DNA from: Bacteroidales bacterium
GTDB lineage: Bacteria; Bacteroidota; Bacteroidia; Bacteroidales; UBA7960
DNA: 64,000 nucleotides
Direction: 5' to 3'
NCBI GenBank assembly: GCA_003557385.1
Contig: PWON01000040.1
Location: forward strand, 17,677-81,676
Notes under the pieces: model-generated
The model's database searches: none
What the model was told of the DNA's origin: nothing
Seen by the model: only the letters and a program-made list of their open reading frames with translations
Shown here: positions 1 to 8,839 of the stretch, piece after piece
Layout of the letters: every line of letters begins with the position of its first letter
Position numbering within the stretch: position 1 is the first letter of the stretch
Translations under genes and position numbers: made by a program

Positions 1-567
1 GGGCTTTGCCTGGCCGGCACGATAGTTTCTCCACTCAGGATCGGTAAAACTGACTTCCTGGTATGCCATGAACCGGCCATCGGGCGAAAGTTGCCCTGTG
101 ACCGCCCTGGGAATGGGCAAAGCTTCGGGCATTCCCCCTTCTTTGTGTATGGTGTAAAAACGCGATTCGCGTGTGGGCACACCTTCCCTGCCGGAAGTAA
201 ACAAAACCCGTTCCCCGTCAGGAGTCCACCCACAGACCTGATCAGCTCCCGGATGCCAGGTAAGCCGCCTGGGCTGGCCTCCCTCTATAGGTACCACATA
301 AATGTCGTCATTGCCATCATATTGTGCGGTAAAGGCCACCATGGTGCCATCCGGGGATATATGCGGCAAACGTTCCGAACCTTCGTTGCTCGTCAGTCGC
401 CAGGCATCGCCGCCATCGCGTCCGGCTACCCAGAGGTCATTGGCGTAAACAAAAACAATGTGGTGATCGCTGATGGTGGGCTGACGCAACAAAAGCGTGC
501 CTTCATTTGCCCACAATGACATTCCCCAGAGCCAACAGGCCAGGGTTAAACAAAATACTTGTTTCAT
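1..567 (-). CDS. Tricorn protease homolog, N-terminal part (gene continues beyond the left edge of the window)
   Basis: Hand translation of the minus strand from the ATG at 567..565 gives MKQVFCLTLACWLWGMSLWANEGTLLLRQPTISDHHIVFVYANDLWVAGRDGGDAWRLTSNEGSERLPHISPDGTMVAFTAQYDGNDDIYVVPIEGGQPRRLTWHPG... and stays open to position 1. It shows a signal peptide plus tricorn/TolB-type propeller repeats. It is missing from the ORF track because it has no stop inside the window. The listed 91..519 + ORF is its antisense shadow. Confidence 0.8.
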   Translation of the reverse strand, partial: MKQVFCLTLACWLWGMSLWANEGTLLLRQPTISDHHIVFVYANDLWVAGRDGGDAWRLTSNEGSERLPHISPDGTMVAFTAQYDGNDDIYVVPIEGGQPRRLTWHPGADQVCGWTPDGERVLFTSGREGVPTRESRFYTIHKEGGMPEALPIPRAVTGQLSPDGRFMAYQEVSFTDPEWRNYRAGQAKP

Positions 568-652
568 GATTGAGATAATTTAGCCAGGTGATCAATGTAT
601 GGATTTCGCGCTAAAGTTAAGGCAATATCGCATTCCTGCAAAAGAAATTTCG

Positions 653-660
653 TAGATTTG
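653..660 (+). promoter_or_regulatory. Putative Bacteroidota -7 promoter box for the M28 peptidase gene
   Basis: TAGATTTG matches the TAnnTTTG -7 consensus, 30 nt upstream of the ATG at 690. Motif-only call. Confidence 0.35.
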
Positions 661-689
661 GGCATACATATAAAAAATCCAAACAAAGT

Positions 690-2225
690 ATGAAATTACA
701 ACCCGCAAAAAATTTTTTCATCATACTCGTTTTCTTTTTTCCTTCTCTTTTGTTGCCGGCACAAGTTGTAACGGAATATGGCAGCAACGACCAGGAAACG
801 CTTATCATGGCCTTGCATGCTGTATCTGAAGATGATATTTCCCATTGGATGCATGTGATGATATCTCCCGAAATGCGTGGTCGTTTGGCCGGAGATATCG
901 GCTACGATATGGCTGCTGACTGGGCGGCCGGAAAATTCGAGTCCTGGGGGCTGCAGCCTTTTTTTCCAGAAAAAGGTTTTTTACAAAAATTTGACCAGCC
1001 TTACACCCTGATCAAAGACAAGGGCCGTTTGGAAATCCATATCCCGGCTGGCGATGAAATCATTACCAAACACTATCAATACGGGGATGACTACTGGCCA
1101 TGGGGCATATCAGGCAGTGGCGAAGTAACGGCAGAAGTAATCTATGCCGGACATGGCATTTCTGCCCCGGAGCTTGGTTATGATGATTATGCCGGCATCG
1201 ACGTGGAGGGCAAAATCGTCATTACCGAACTGGGTATCCCATACAGTGGAAATAATCGGGACAGCCTGATGATGTGGCAACCCTATGTGGATCATTCAAA
1301 CAAAGTGAAGTTCGCCCTTGAAAATGGTTCGGCAGGCCTCATCTTTGCTTATCATGTGGCCAGCCCAAGGCCCACAGCAGACCCTGATTTTATATTTCTG
1401 GCCGCATCCGACCTGGTGGTTAAGGATTTGTTTGCAGGCACCGGAAAAGACCTGCAGGAAGTCAGGGAACATATCAAAAATACCCTGACACCGATGTCGT
1501 TCAGCACAGGCAAGGAAGCCACGCTGGCACTCCGGTCGGAGTATTATCCTGACGGAACCACGGCCAATGTGGTGGCCATGATTGAAGGAAGCGATCCGGA
1601 TCTGAAAGACGAATACCTGATTGTCGGCGCACACCTTGACCATTTGGGCATGATGCCGGTGCTGTTTCCGGGCGCGCTCGACAATGCCTCAGGCTGTGCC
1701 CTGGCCCTTGGAGTGGCCAAAGCCCTGGCTACATCCGGGATGGAACTGAAGCGAACCTTGATTATCCTGTTATTCGGGGCTGAGGAGGTGGGCCTTGTGG
1801 GAGCGCGACAATTTGTGGAACGTTTCCCCCATCCCAAAGAGCAGATCAGGATGATGATCAACCTGGATATGGTGGGGAGGGGCAACGCCTTTTTTGCGGT
1901 TACAGCAGACCCCTGGAGCGATTTGCTGGAAGTTCTGGAACGCAACAACGACCGTTGGGTCCACCGCCCCTTTATGACAAGGAGCAGCCCCTGGCAACCC
2001 CCAATACGTCCACGCACCGATGGCATGGTATTCTATATGGAAAAAATTCCGGCCATCACCTTCGGAACCCGCGGGGCCACCACCCCTACCCTGTATCATG
2101 TGCCTGAAGACACCATGGACCAGATTGATGTTGAGATCATGCGCGATGTAATTAAAGTGCTTACAATGAGCATAACAGAACTTGGAAACATGCCCAACAT
2201 AACCCTGGAACCCATTAACCCTTAG
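690..2225 (+). CDS. M28 family zinc aminopeptidase with PA domain, secreted
   Basis: 511-aa ORF with an N-terminal hydrophobic signal (FFIILVFFFPSLLLPAQ). M28 metal-site motifs are present: GAHLDHLG, LDNASGCA, LFGAEEVGLVGA, NLDMVGRG. Confidence 0.85.
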   Translation: MKLQPAKNFFIILVFFFPSLLLPAQVVTEYGSNDQETLIMALHAVSEDDISHWMHVMISPEMRGRLAGDIGYDMAADWAAGKFESWGLQPFFPEKGFLQKFDQPYTLIKDKGRLEIHIPAGDEIITKHYQYGDDYWPWGISGSGEVTAEVIYAGHGISAPELGYDDYAGIDVEGKIVITELGIPYSGNNRDSLMMWQPYVDHSNKVKFALENGSAGLIFAYHVASPRPTADPDFIFLAASDLVVKDLFAGTGKDLQEVREHIKNTLTPMSFSTGKEATLALRSEYYPDGTTANVVAMIEGSDPDLKDEYLIVGAHLDHLGMMPVLFPGALDNASGCALALGVAKALATSGMELKRTLIILLFGAEEVGLVGARQFVERFPHPKEQIRMMINLDMVGRGNAFFAVTADPWSDLLEVLERNNDRWVHRPFMTRSSPWQPPIRPRTDGMVFYMEKIPAITFGTRGATTPTLYHVPEDTMDQIDVEIMRDVIKVLTMSITELGNMPNITLEPINP

Positions 2226-2293
2226 ACCATTAGACATTTAGACCATTAGACCCTTAGACCTTTAGACATTTAGACATTCCGACATTCAGACCA
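2222..2293. repeat. Nine tandem 8-bp units (TTAGACNN; seven perfect TTAGAC cores plus two degenerate)
   Basis: Read directly: TTAGACCA TTAGACAT TTAGACCA TTAGACCC TTAGACCT TTAGACAT TTAGACAT TCCGACAT TCAGACCA. The array fills the whole gap between the peptidase stop codon and the first ATG of the dmsA ORF. Confidence 0.95.
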
Positions 2294-4719
2294 TGATAGA
2301 ACACCAGCCCGATCATATTCCACCCCCCGGAAATCCGGACCATCAGGGCATGGACCGCCGATGTTTTTTAAAAACAGGAGCTGTTTTTGCCGGTGGTATT
2401 GCAAGCCTGGGTTCTCTTTTTGGATGCACCGGTGATAAGGCGGGCATCCGCCTGCCCGGACGCCTGGAAAAAGACGGAACAGTGGTTGTGCGTGCCGGCT
2501 GCCCTGCCCACAATTGCGGGGGGCGGTGTGTATTGAAGCTATTCCTCAGGGAAGGAGAAATTGTCCGTATAGAAACAGACGACCGACCCGGCGACGACAT
2601 CAGCGACCCGCAACTCCGGGCTTGCATTCGCGGTCGTGCTTACCGCCGACGTCAATACCATCCTGATCGCTTAAAATACCCGCTGAAGCGTGTGGGCAGA
2701 CGCGGCGAAGGAAAATTTGAACGCATTTCATGGGATGATGCCCTGGATTTGATGGCATCGGAGCTAAACAGGGTAAAAAAAACCTATGGCAATTCAGCCA
2801 TCCTTGTGCCTTACGGAACCGGCAGTTATAATCAGACAAACGGCCGGCAAACAGCGGCAAGGCTTATGAATCTGTTCGGGGGTTCGCTGGGATTTTACAA
2901 CAGCTACTCCTGGGCCTGCATCAGCCGGGCCACACCTTATGTATATGGTACCGGGGTGACAGGCAACCAGCGACAAGATTGGATCAACTCCAGATACATC
3001 ATCCTTTGGGGCTGGAACCCGGCAGAAATGCGCGATGGGACCAATAGTGAATACTTTCTGAAAAAAGCCAGGGAGCGAGGGGCCAGGATCATATGCATAG
3101 ACCCCCGCATGAGCATGAGCGCCACAGCATTGGCCGATGAATGGATCCCGATCCGGCCTGGTACCGACACCGCCCTGATGAGTGCCATGGCCCATGTGAT
3201 CATCTCCGAAGACCTTCATGATAAGGCGTTTATTCGCCGTTGCTGCGTTGGTTTTGACCAGACACAGATGCCCGAAGGCATGGAAAACGAAGAAAGCTAT
3301 TGTGATTATATTTTCGGGACACACGATGGTCAGCCCAAAACGCCACAATGGGCAGAAGCCATCACAGGCATTCCGGCAAACACCATCATACGTATTGCCA
3401 GGGAATACGGATCCATCAAGCCAGCCATGCTTTATCAGGGTTATGGGATGCAACGCCGCGCATATGGTGAACAACCGGTACTGGGCGGCTGCGTATTGGC
3501 AGCCATTACGGGCAATGTAGGCATACCAGGTGGGTGGGCCAGCGGGATTGCCCTGCAGGCAGATGACGGCGGACCATTCTGGAACATATTCCCAACTGGA
3601 AGAAACCCGGTCAGTGCCATGATCCCGGTGTTTTTATGGACCGAAGCCATCCTGCGCGGAAAGGAGATGGGGGCTGAAGACGGTGTGATTGGTGCAGACA
3701 GGCTCGACAATAACATCAAACTGATCTGGTGCGTGGCTTCCAACATACTTATAAACCAGCATGCCGACACCAACCGGAGTGCCAGGATCCTGCAGGACGA
3801 AAGCCTTGTTGAATTCATTGCGGTACAGGACCAGTTCATGACGCCCTCGGCAAGATTTGCCGACCTGGTTTTGCCAGTGTGCACCCAGTTTGAAATGTGG
3901 GGGCTTGAAGATGGCTGGAAATATGGTGACGAAGTGATTTTGATGCCCAAAGTGCTTGAACCGCCACATGAGACAAAAAGTGACTACCAGATTGCTGCTG
4001 CCCTGGCAAAACGCCTGGGTTTAAAGGAAAAATATACCCTCGGGCGCAATGAGCGCGACTGGATCGAATGGGCGGTAAAATATTACCGGAATACACGCTT
4101 CCCCGACATACCCGACCTGGAAAAGTTGCATGAAATGAACCGGGGTGTGTTTACCAGGCCCGTGCATGAACCAAAGATAGCTTTCCGTGACTTTCGCAAA
4201 GACCCGGAAAAACACCCTTTAAACACCCCGTCGGGAAAGGTGGAAATTTTTTCTAAAACCCTCTTTGATATGGGCAGGCCCGATACCATACCGGCCGTCC
4301 CAAAATACATCCAGGAATGGGAAAGCCCTTTTGGTGAAGAAAGCAAACAATACCCGCTGCAGGCCATCGGTCACCATTATATGTCGCGGGTACATTCCAC
4401 CCACGATGGCATCGACTGGCTCGAAGAAGCCTTTCCGCAACGGGTGTTCATCAATCCAATCGATGCCCGGGCCAGGGAGATCAATGACGGAGACAATGTG
4501 CTTGTATTCAACGACCGGGGCAAAATAATGATTCCATGCCGGATCACCATGAAAATCATACCCGGGGTGGTCAACATTCCCCAGGGAGCCTGGTGGGAGC
4601 CTGATCAGGACGGCATAGACCGCCGCGGCAATGTAAATGTATTGACCAGTCACCGGTGGACACCCCTGGCTTTTGGCAATGCCCAGCATACAATAATGGT
4701 TGAAGTAAGAAAAACATGA
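2293..4719 (+). CDS. dmsA: DMSO-reductase-family molybdopterin oxidoreductase, catalytic A subunit (DmsA-like, substrate unknown)
   Basis: 808-aa ORF with a twin-arginine signal MDRRCFLKTGAVFAGG; the internal ATG at 2350 is the more likely true start. It has an N-terminal Fe-S motif CPAHNCGGRC and a DmsA-like region ISWDDALDLMASELNRVKKTYGNSAI. The stop overlaps the next start (ATGA at 4716..4719). Confidence 0.9.
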   Translation: MIEHQPDHIPPPGNPDHQGMDRRCFLKTGAVFAGGIASLGSLFGCTGDKAGIRLPGRLEKDGTVVVRAGCPAHNCGGRCVLKLFLREGEIVRIETDDRPGDDISDPQLRACIRGRAYRRRQYHPDRLKYPLKRVGRRGEGKFERISWDDALDLMASELNRVKKTYGNSAILVPYGTGSYNQTNGRQTAARLMNLFGGSLGFYNSYSWACISRATPYVYGTGVTGNQRQDWINSRYIILWGWNPAEMRDGTNSEYFLKKARERGARIICIDPRMSMSATALADEWIPIRPGTDTALMSAMAHVIISEDLHDKAFIRRCCVGFDQTQMPEGMENEESYCDYIFGTHDGQPKTPQWAEAITGIPANTIIRIAREYGSIKPAMLYQGYGMQRRAYGEQPVLGGCVLAAITGNVGIPGGWASGIALQADDGGPFWNIFPTGRNPVSAMIPVFLWTEAILRGKEMGAEDGVIGADRLDNNIKLIWCVASNILINQHADTNRSARILQDESLVEFIAVQDQFMTPSARFADLVLPVCTQFEMWGLEDGWKYGDEVILMPKVLEPPHETKSDYQIAAALAKRLGLKEKYTLGRNERDWIEWAVKYYRNTRFPDIPDLEKLHEMNRGVFTRPVHEPKIAFRDFRKDPEKHPLNTPSGKVEIFSKTLFDMGRPDTIPAVPKYIQEWESPFGEESKQYPLQAIGHHYMSRVHSTHDGIDWLEEAFPQRVFINPIDARAREINDGDNVLVFNDRGKIMIPCRITMKIIPGVVNIPQGAWWEPDQDGIDRRGNVNVLTSHRWTPLAFGNAQHTIMVEVRKT

Positions 4720-5336
4720 AGCAACTGGCCTTTTATTTTGACGCATCATCCTGTTCGGGCTGTAAAACCTGCCAGGTAGCATGCAAGGACAAGCACAACT
4801 CCCCCATGGCTGTGCTTTGGCGCAGGGTTTATGAAGTGTGCGGAGGTGATTGGGTCCGGAAGGGTCCGGCCTGGATCCCGAACATTTATGCCTACCATAT
4901 GTCAATGGCATGCAATCACTGTGAAGAACCCATTTGCCTGGATGACTGTCCAAACAAAGCCATCGTAAAAGACGATCATGGCATCGTGTTGATCGATTAT
5001 GACCGGTGCATGGGTTGTAAATATTGTGAATGGACCTGTCCTTATGGTGCCTTGCAATTCGACCCGATTAAAAAAGTCATGACAAAATGCACCTTTTGCG
5101 CCGACTACCTGGAAGAAGGCAAGCCACCCGCATGCGTTTCTGCCTGTCCGATGCGTGCTTTAGACTATGGCCACCTTGATAAACTGACGCAGCGGTATGG
5201 AAAAGACAACGAATTTTTTCCGTTGCCAAAAGAGAAATACACCAAACCGGCCCTGGTCATCACCCCGCACCGGGACACCAGGAAAGCTGGCAATAATGAA
5301 TTAAGTATTGCAAATAAAGAGGAGGTTAAGCCATGA
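4716..5336 (+). CDS. dmsB: 4Fe-4S ferredoxin-type electron-transfer subunit (DmsB-like)
   Basis: 206 aa with four cysteine clusters: CSGCKTCQVACKD, CNHCEEPICLDDCP, CMGCKYCEWTCP, CTFC..CVSACP. ATGA overlaps on both sides. Confidence 0.9.
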   Translation: MKQLAFYFDASSCSGCKTCQVACKDKHNSPMAVLWRRVYEVCGGDWVRKGPAWIPNIYAYHMSMACNHCEEPICLDDCPNKAIVKDDHGIVLIDYDRCMGCKYCEWTCPYGALQFDPIKKVMTKCTFCADYLEEGKPPACVSACPMRALDYGHLDKLTQRYGKDNEFFPLPKEKYTKPALVITPHRDTRKAGNNELSIANKEEVKP

Positions 5337-6202
5337 ACAACAACGAATGGCCTTTGGTATTCTTCACCCTGCTGTCGCAGATCAGTGTGGGCATTCTGAT
5401 CGGGGGCCTGGCCTTGTGGCTGGCAACAAAAAATTCAGTGTCCCCGGCCATGGATATACTCAAAAAGGTGTTTATAATCAGTGCTTTTTGTTTAATGGGC
5501 ATTGCACTGCTGACATCATTTCTGCATCTTGCCTCCCCCCTGCATTCAATATATGCCCTCAGCAATGCAGGCGCTTCCTGGCTGAGCAGGGAGATCATCC
5601 TGGCCTCCCTGTACTTGTTTACCCTGGCAATATGTTTCACATCCCTTCGCTTCAATGTACCCCACAGCAATCTGTTCAACCAGCTTTACCTGGCTTCACT
5701 GATCATTGGTTTGGTACTGATTTGGGCCATTTCACGTGTGTACATGATCCCGACGGTACCTTTATGGAATACCCCGGCCACACCCGTCGCTTTTTTCAGC
5801 ACAACGCTGCTTCTTGGCGGTAGCATGGTCCTGCTAATGATCAGTGTGCTGGCAGGCAAACATGTTCAACTGCCGGAGATCACGAAATTACAATCGGTTA
5901 TGTTTTACCTGGTAAGCTTCGCGGTTTTCATTACCCTGCTTAACATGCTTCTTATACAACCCGACATCAGTGCCGCCACCGGCAGTTTTCTGCTTCCCCA
6001 TGTTTCGCAGTGGTGGAAAACAGCCCGGATTCTATTTCTGCTGGCAGGGTTCAGTGGTCTGACCTACTGGTTTACTTACCAGTTGCCTTCACCCGGGGGC
6101 AGCACTTCATGGCTGATATACCTGTCTGCAGGCTGCCTGCTTCTTGCTGAAATTGCCGGCAAATATATTTTCTACGCTTCCTATTACAGGGTAGGTGTAT
6201 AA
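5333..6202 (+). CDS. dmsC: DmsC-like integral membrane anchor subunit
   Basis: 289 aa, about 8 hydrophobic helices. Its position directly after the A and B subunits, with an ATGA overlap, is typical of DmsC. Confidence 0.75.
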   Translation: MNNNEWPLVFFTLLSQISVGILIGGLALWLATKNSVSPAMDILKKVFIISAFCLMGIALLTSFLHLASPLHSIYALSNAGASWLSREIILASLYLFTLAICFTSLRFNVPHSNLFNQLYLASLIIGLVLIWAISRVYMIPTVPLWNTPATPVAFFSTTLLLGGSMVLLMISVLAGKHVQLPEITKLQSVMFYLVSFAVFITLLNMLLIQPDISAATGSFLLPHVSQWWKTARILFLLAGFSGLTYWFTYQLPSPGGSTSWLIYLSAGCLLLAEIAGKYIFYASYYRVGV

Positions 6203-6207
6203 ACCAA

Positions 6208-7920
6208 GTGATCCCGCATTTTATGGGCAAACAACACGACATCTGGTTAAAAGCAGCCGTCATTGGCAGTTTATGGGGTGCATCTGAAATTGTCCTGGGC
6301 AGTTTTCTCCACAACCTGAGGATCCCGTTCAGTGGAAATATGCTGACCGCCATCGGGATCATCCTGATGGTTTCCGGACACCGGTTGTGGCCACAAAGAG
6401 GGCTTATCATCCGGGCCGGATTGATATGTGCAGCACTGAAATCCCTGTCGCCAAGTCCCATTATCCTTGGTCCCATGCTTTCCATCTTTATGCAGGCCAC
6501 CCTTATGGAAGCAGCCCTGATTACAGGCCGGCGAAGCCATGCCGGCTATATCCTTGGAGGAGGGCTGGCCGTTAGCTGGAACCTCCTATACCGGATCTTA
6601 TCCACCATCGTTCTTTACGGCAGTCCGCTCATTGCATTGTATCAAAACCTGATTGATTTTTTTGTCAACCAGACCTCCTGGCATATACAGGGATATTGGG
6701 GGCCCATCCTGATTCTCTGGTCACTGTTTTTTTTATGGGGGGCTGCCGCCGGTATTGCCGGCATTATGATATCACGAACGGCCGAGAAAAATGCACACAA
6801 GTGGATGATCCCGCACGGAATGCCAAAGAAGGTTACACTGAATACCGAAGCTGTAAAAACCGGGAAAGTTTATTTATTGCGTCCATTTGGCGTATTAATG
6901 CTGATTGTCGCAGGACTTTACAGCCTGGTAAATTTGCCATTCATTCTGGCCACACCCATTCTGGCCATTTTTCTTATGATCCTATACATGTATGACCGTC
7001 AGCTCCTGACGCGTTTTGGCAAAAAACGCGGATTCTGGCTGGCCATTTTGATCATGGTTGCCTTGTCGGGCTTTTTAATGGGACCCGACTACGGGTTCAG
7101 TCGCGGGGGATTGATGATCGGGGTGGAGATGGGCATGCGCGCCATATACGTCATCGGTGGATTTGGGATCATCAGCAAAGAATTGCAGCGGCCCCAGGTG
7201 ATAGCCATGTTTCGCGGGAAGCGCCTGGACCCATTTTTATCGGCGGTCAGGATCGCTTTTCAAACCACCCCGATGCTGATCGAAAACATGCCGGGGAAAA
7301 GTGCCTGGCGGCGTCCGGCCAGGGTGCTCTCCAGCATGGTGGGAAGCATGGCCTGTTCATTGGAATATCTGCGCGCAACTCAACACCAGCACAAAGTGTT
7401 TCTGATAGTTGGCAAAAAGGGTGCGGGAAAAACAAGCCTTGCCGGGCAAATTACAGACATTTTGAAAAACAAGGGACTGCAGGTAGCAGGCCTTTTGGCG
7501 CCTGCTTTTTTTCAACATGGGGAAAGATCCGGTTATATGGTCAGGAATATCGAAAACGGTAAGGAAGCCCCATTGTGCAAGCGTACTACGGTTATAAATG
7601 AAAACATGCCGGGTAATTATGTTTTTGACCCGGAAGGCATACGCTACGGCGAACAATGGCTTTTCGAAACAGATCACGAACAAAAAGACCTGGTGGTCAT
7701 CGATGAACTGGGTCCGTTTGAGTTAAAAGGCATGGGCTGGGATCCTGCCCTTTTGAGACTCATGGAACAATATAAAGGGCCGATGCTCTGGGTGGTCAGG
7801 GAAACACTGACTGAAGAGATCACAAACAAATACGAGGTGGTGGTCATGGCACGGTTTTATGCGGGGAAAACCCCGCCCGGAGAGGCAGCAGAGACAATCA
7901 TCCAATCAATAAGGGGGTAA
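6208..7920 (+). CDS. Polytopic membrane protein fused to a C-terminal P-loop NTPase (THEP1/DUF2478-like)
   Basis: 570-aa ORF (GTG at 6208, ATG at 6223). About 370 aa hold 9-11 hydrophobic helices. These are followed by a Walker A motif VFLIVGKKGAGKTS and a Walker B-like motif DLVVIDELGPFELKGMGW. The gene sits between dmsC and mobA. Confidence 0.7.
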   Translation: MIPHFMGKQHDIWLKAAVIGSLWGASEIVLGSFLHNLRIPFSGNMLTAIGIILMVSGHRLWPQRGLIIRAGLICAALKSLSPSPIILGPMLSIFMQATLMEAALITGRRSHAGYILGGGLAVSWNLLYRILSTIVLYGSPLIALYQNLIDFFVNQTSWHIQGYWGPILILWSLFFLWGAAAGIAGIMISRTAEKNAHKWMIPHGMPKKVTLNTEAVKTGKVYLLRPFGVLMLIVAGLYSLVNLPFILATPILAIFLMILYMYDRQLLTRFGKKRGFWLAILIMVALSGFLMGPDYGFSRGGLMIGVEMGMRAIYVIGGFGIISKELQRPQVIAMFRGKRLDPFLSAVRIAFQTTPMLIENMPGKSAWRRPARVLSSMVGSMACSLEYLRATQHQHKVFLIVGKKGAGKTSLAGQITDILKNKGLQVAGLLAPAFFQHGERSGYMVRNIENGKEAPLCKRTTVINENMPGNYVFDPEGIRYGEQWLFETDHEQKDLVVIDELGPFELKGMGWDPALLRLMEQYKGPMLWVVRETLTEEITNKYEVVVMARFYAGKTPPGEAAETIIQSIRG

Positions 7921-7931
7921 TCGTTTAAAAA

Positions 7932-8489
7932 ATGGCGAAAATCGGTGGTGTGGTACTTGCCGGAGGAAAAAGCCTGCGGTTTGGCATGGATAAAGGCCTT
8001 TATCCATTCAGGGGGACACCCCTGGTGAAATACGCCCTGGACATTTTGCAGCCCCTTTGCGATGATGTGCTTATCAGCACCAACGACCCGGAAAGCTACA
8101 AATCCTTCGGTGTGAAGACCGTCACAGACATATTTACGGACTGCGGACCCCTTGGAGGCATCCACAGTGGACTGACCCATACAAATAGTGATTTGATCGC
8201 CCTGATTCCCTGCGATACCCCTTTTGTTCCGCCGGCACTTTACACCTACCTTCAAGATCATTGCGGAAACCACCAGGCCATCATACCTACCCATAGCAAA
8301 TACGTGGAACCCATGTGTGCCTTGTATGCAAAAAACTGCCTGGGGCATATTGAACAAGCCATCAGTGAAAAAAGATACAAAATCCTCGAAGCCCTGAAAA
8401 CAGCTGATGTATCATTTATCAACGTGGAAGACCAGGCGTTTTTTGGACCGGAGATCTTTCACAATATAAACTACAAAGAGAATCTCTGA
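7932..8489 (+). CDS. mobA: Molybdenum cofactor guanylyltransferase
   Basis: 185 aa. The N-terminal GVVLAGGKSLRFGMDKGL nucleotidyltransferase motif, the PCDTPF motif and the size are typical of MobA. Confidence 0.85.
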   Translation: MAKIGGVVLAGGKSLRFGMDKGLYPFRGTPLVKYALDILQPLCDDVLISTNDPESYKSFGVKTVTDIFTDCGPLGGIHSGLTHTNSDLIALIPCDTPFVPPALYTYLQDHCGNHQAIIPTHSKYVEPMCALYAKNCLGHIEQAISEKRYKILEALKTADVSFINVEDQAFFGPEIFHNINYKENL

Positions 8490-8580
8490 TTCAACATCCT
8501 GCCCGCCAAAACCCAGGCAAGCATCCGGGAATAAACCAGTCAAACGACCAGGTATATTTATCCGGCCTGCCCGCTCATGA

Positions 8581-8808
8581 TCACATCCCCAGATACTTCA
8601 TCAGTTCATATACCAGAAATACAGGCCATACAATTGCTTTCAGAACCCCAAGCACCCCGCCCCAGAATGATACGGCAGTAGCAATGTAATAAATGACTGC
8701 CCCGATAAAACCCATGCCGTAAATCACATTTTGCTGAGTATTTTTATGGATTTCACGTACGGGTGCTTTTGAAGCCTGTTGGGCGTTTGTTTTTTCTTCC
8801 ATCTCCAA
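8581..8808 (-). CDS. Small two-helix membrane protein, function unknown
   Basis: 75-aa ORF with a polar N-terminus followed by two clear hydrophobic helices (GMGFIGAVIYYIATAVSFWGGVLGVLKAIVWPVFLVY). No family recognised. Confidence 0.5.
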   Translation of the reverse strand: MEMEEKTNAQQASKAPVREIHKNTQQNVIYGMGFIGAVIYYIATAVSFWGGVLGVLKAIVWPVFLVYELMKYLGM

Positions 8809-8839
8809 TAATGTTTAAGTTTAAAGGTTCAGATTGACA

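Noticed and set aside
91-519. 142-aa plus-strand ORF at the left edge
   Set aside because: It lies antisense to a much better minus-strand reading frame (tricorn protease N-terminus, open from 567 to position 1) and has no recognisable motifs.
2222-2293. The tandem array as a CRISPR array or a Moco riboswitch
   Set aside because: The units are 8 bp with no spacers, so it is not a CRISPR array. The sequence has none of the helices or conserved loops of the Moco riboswitch and is too short and repetitive.
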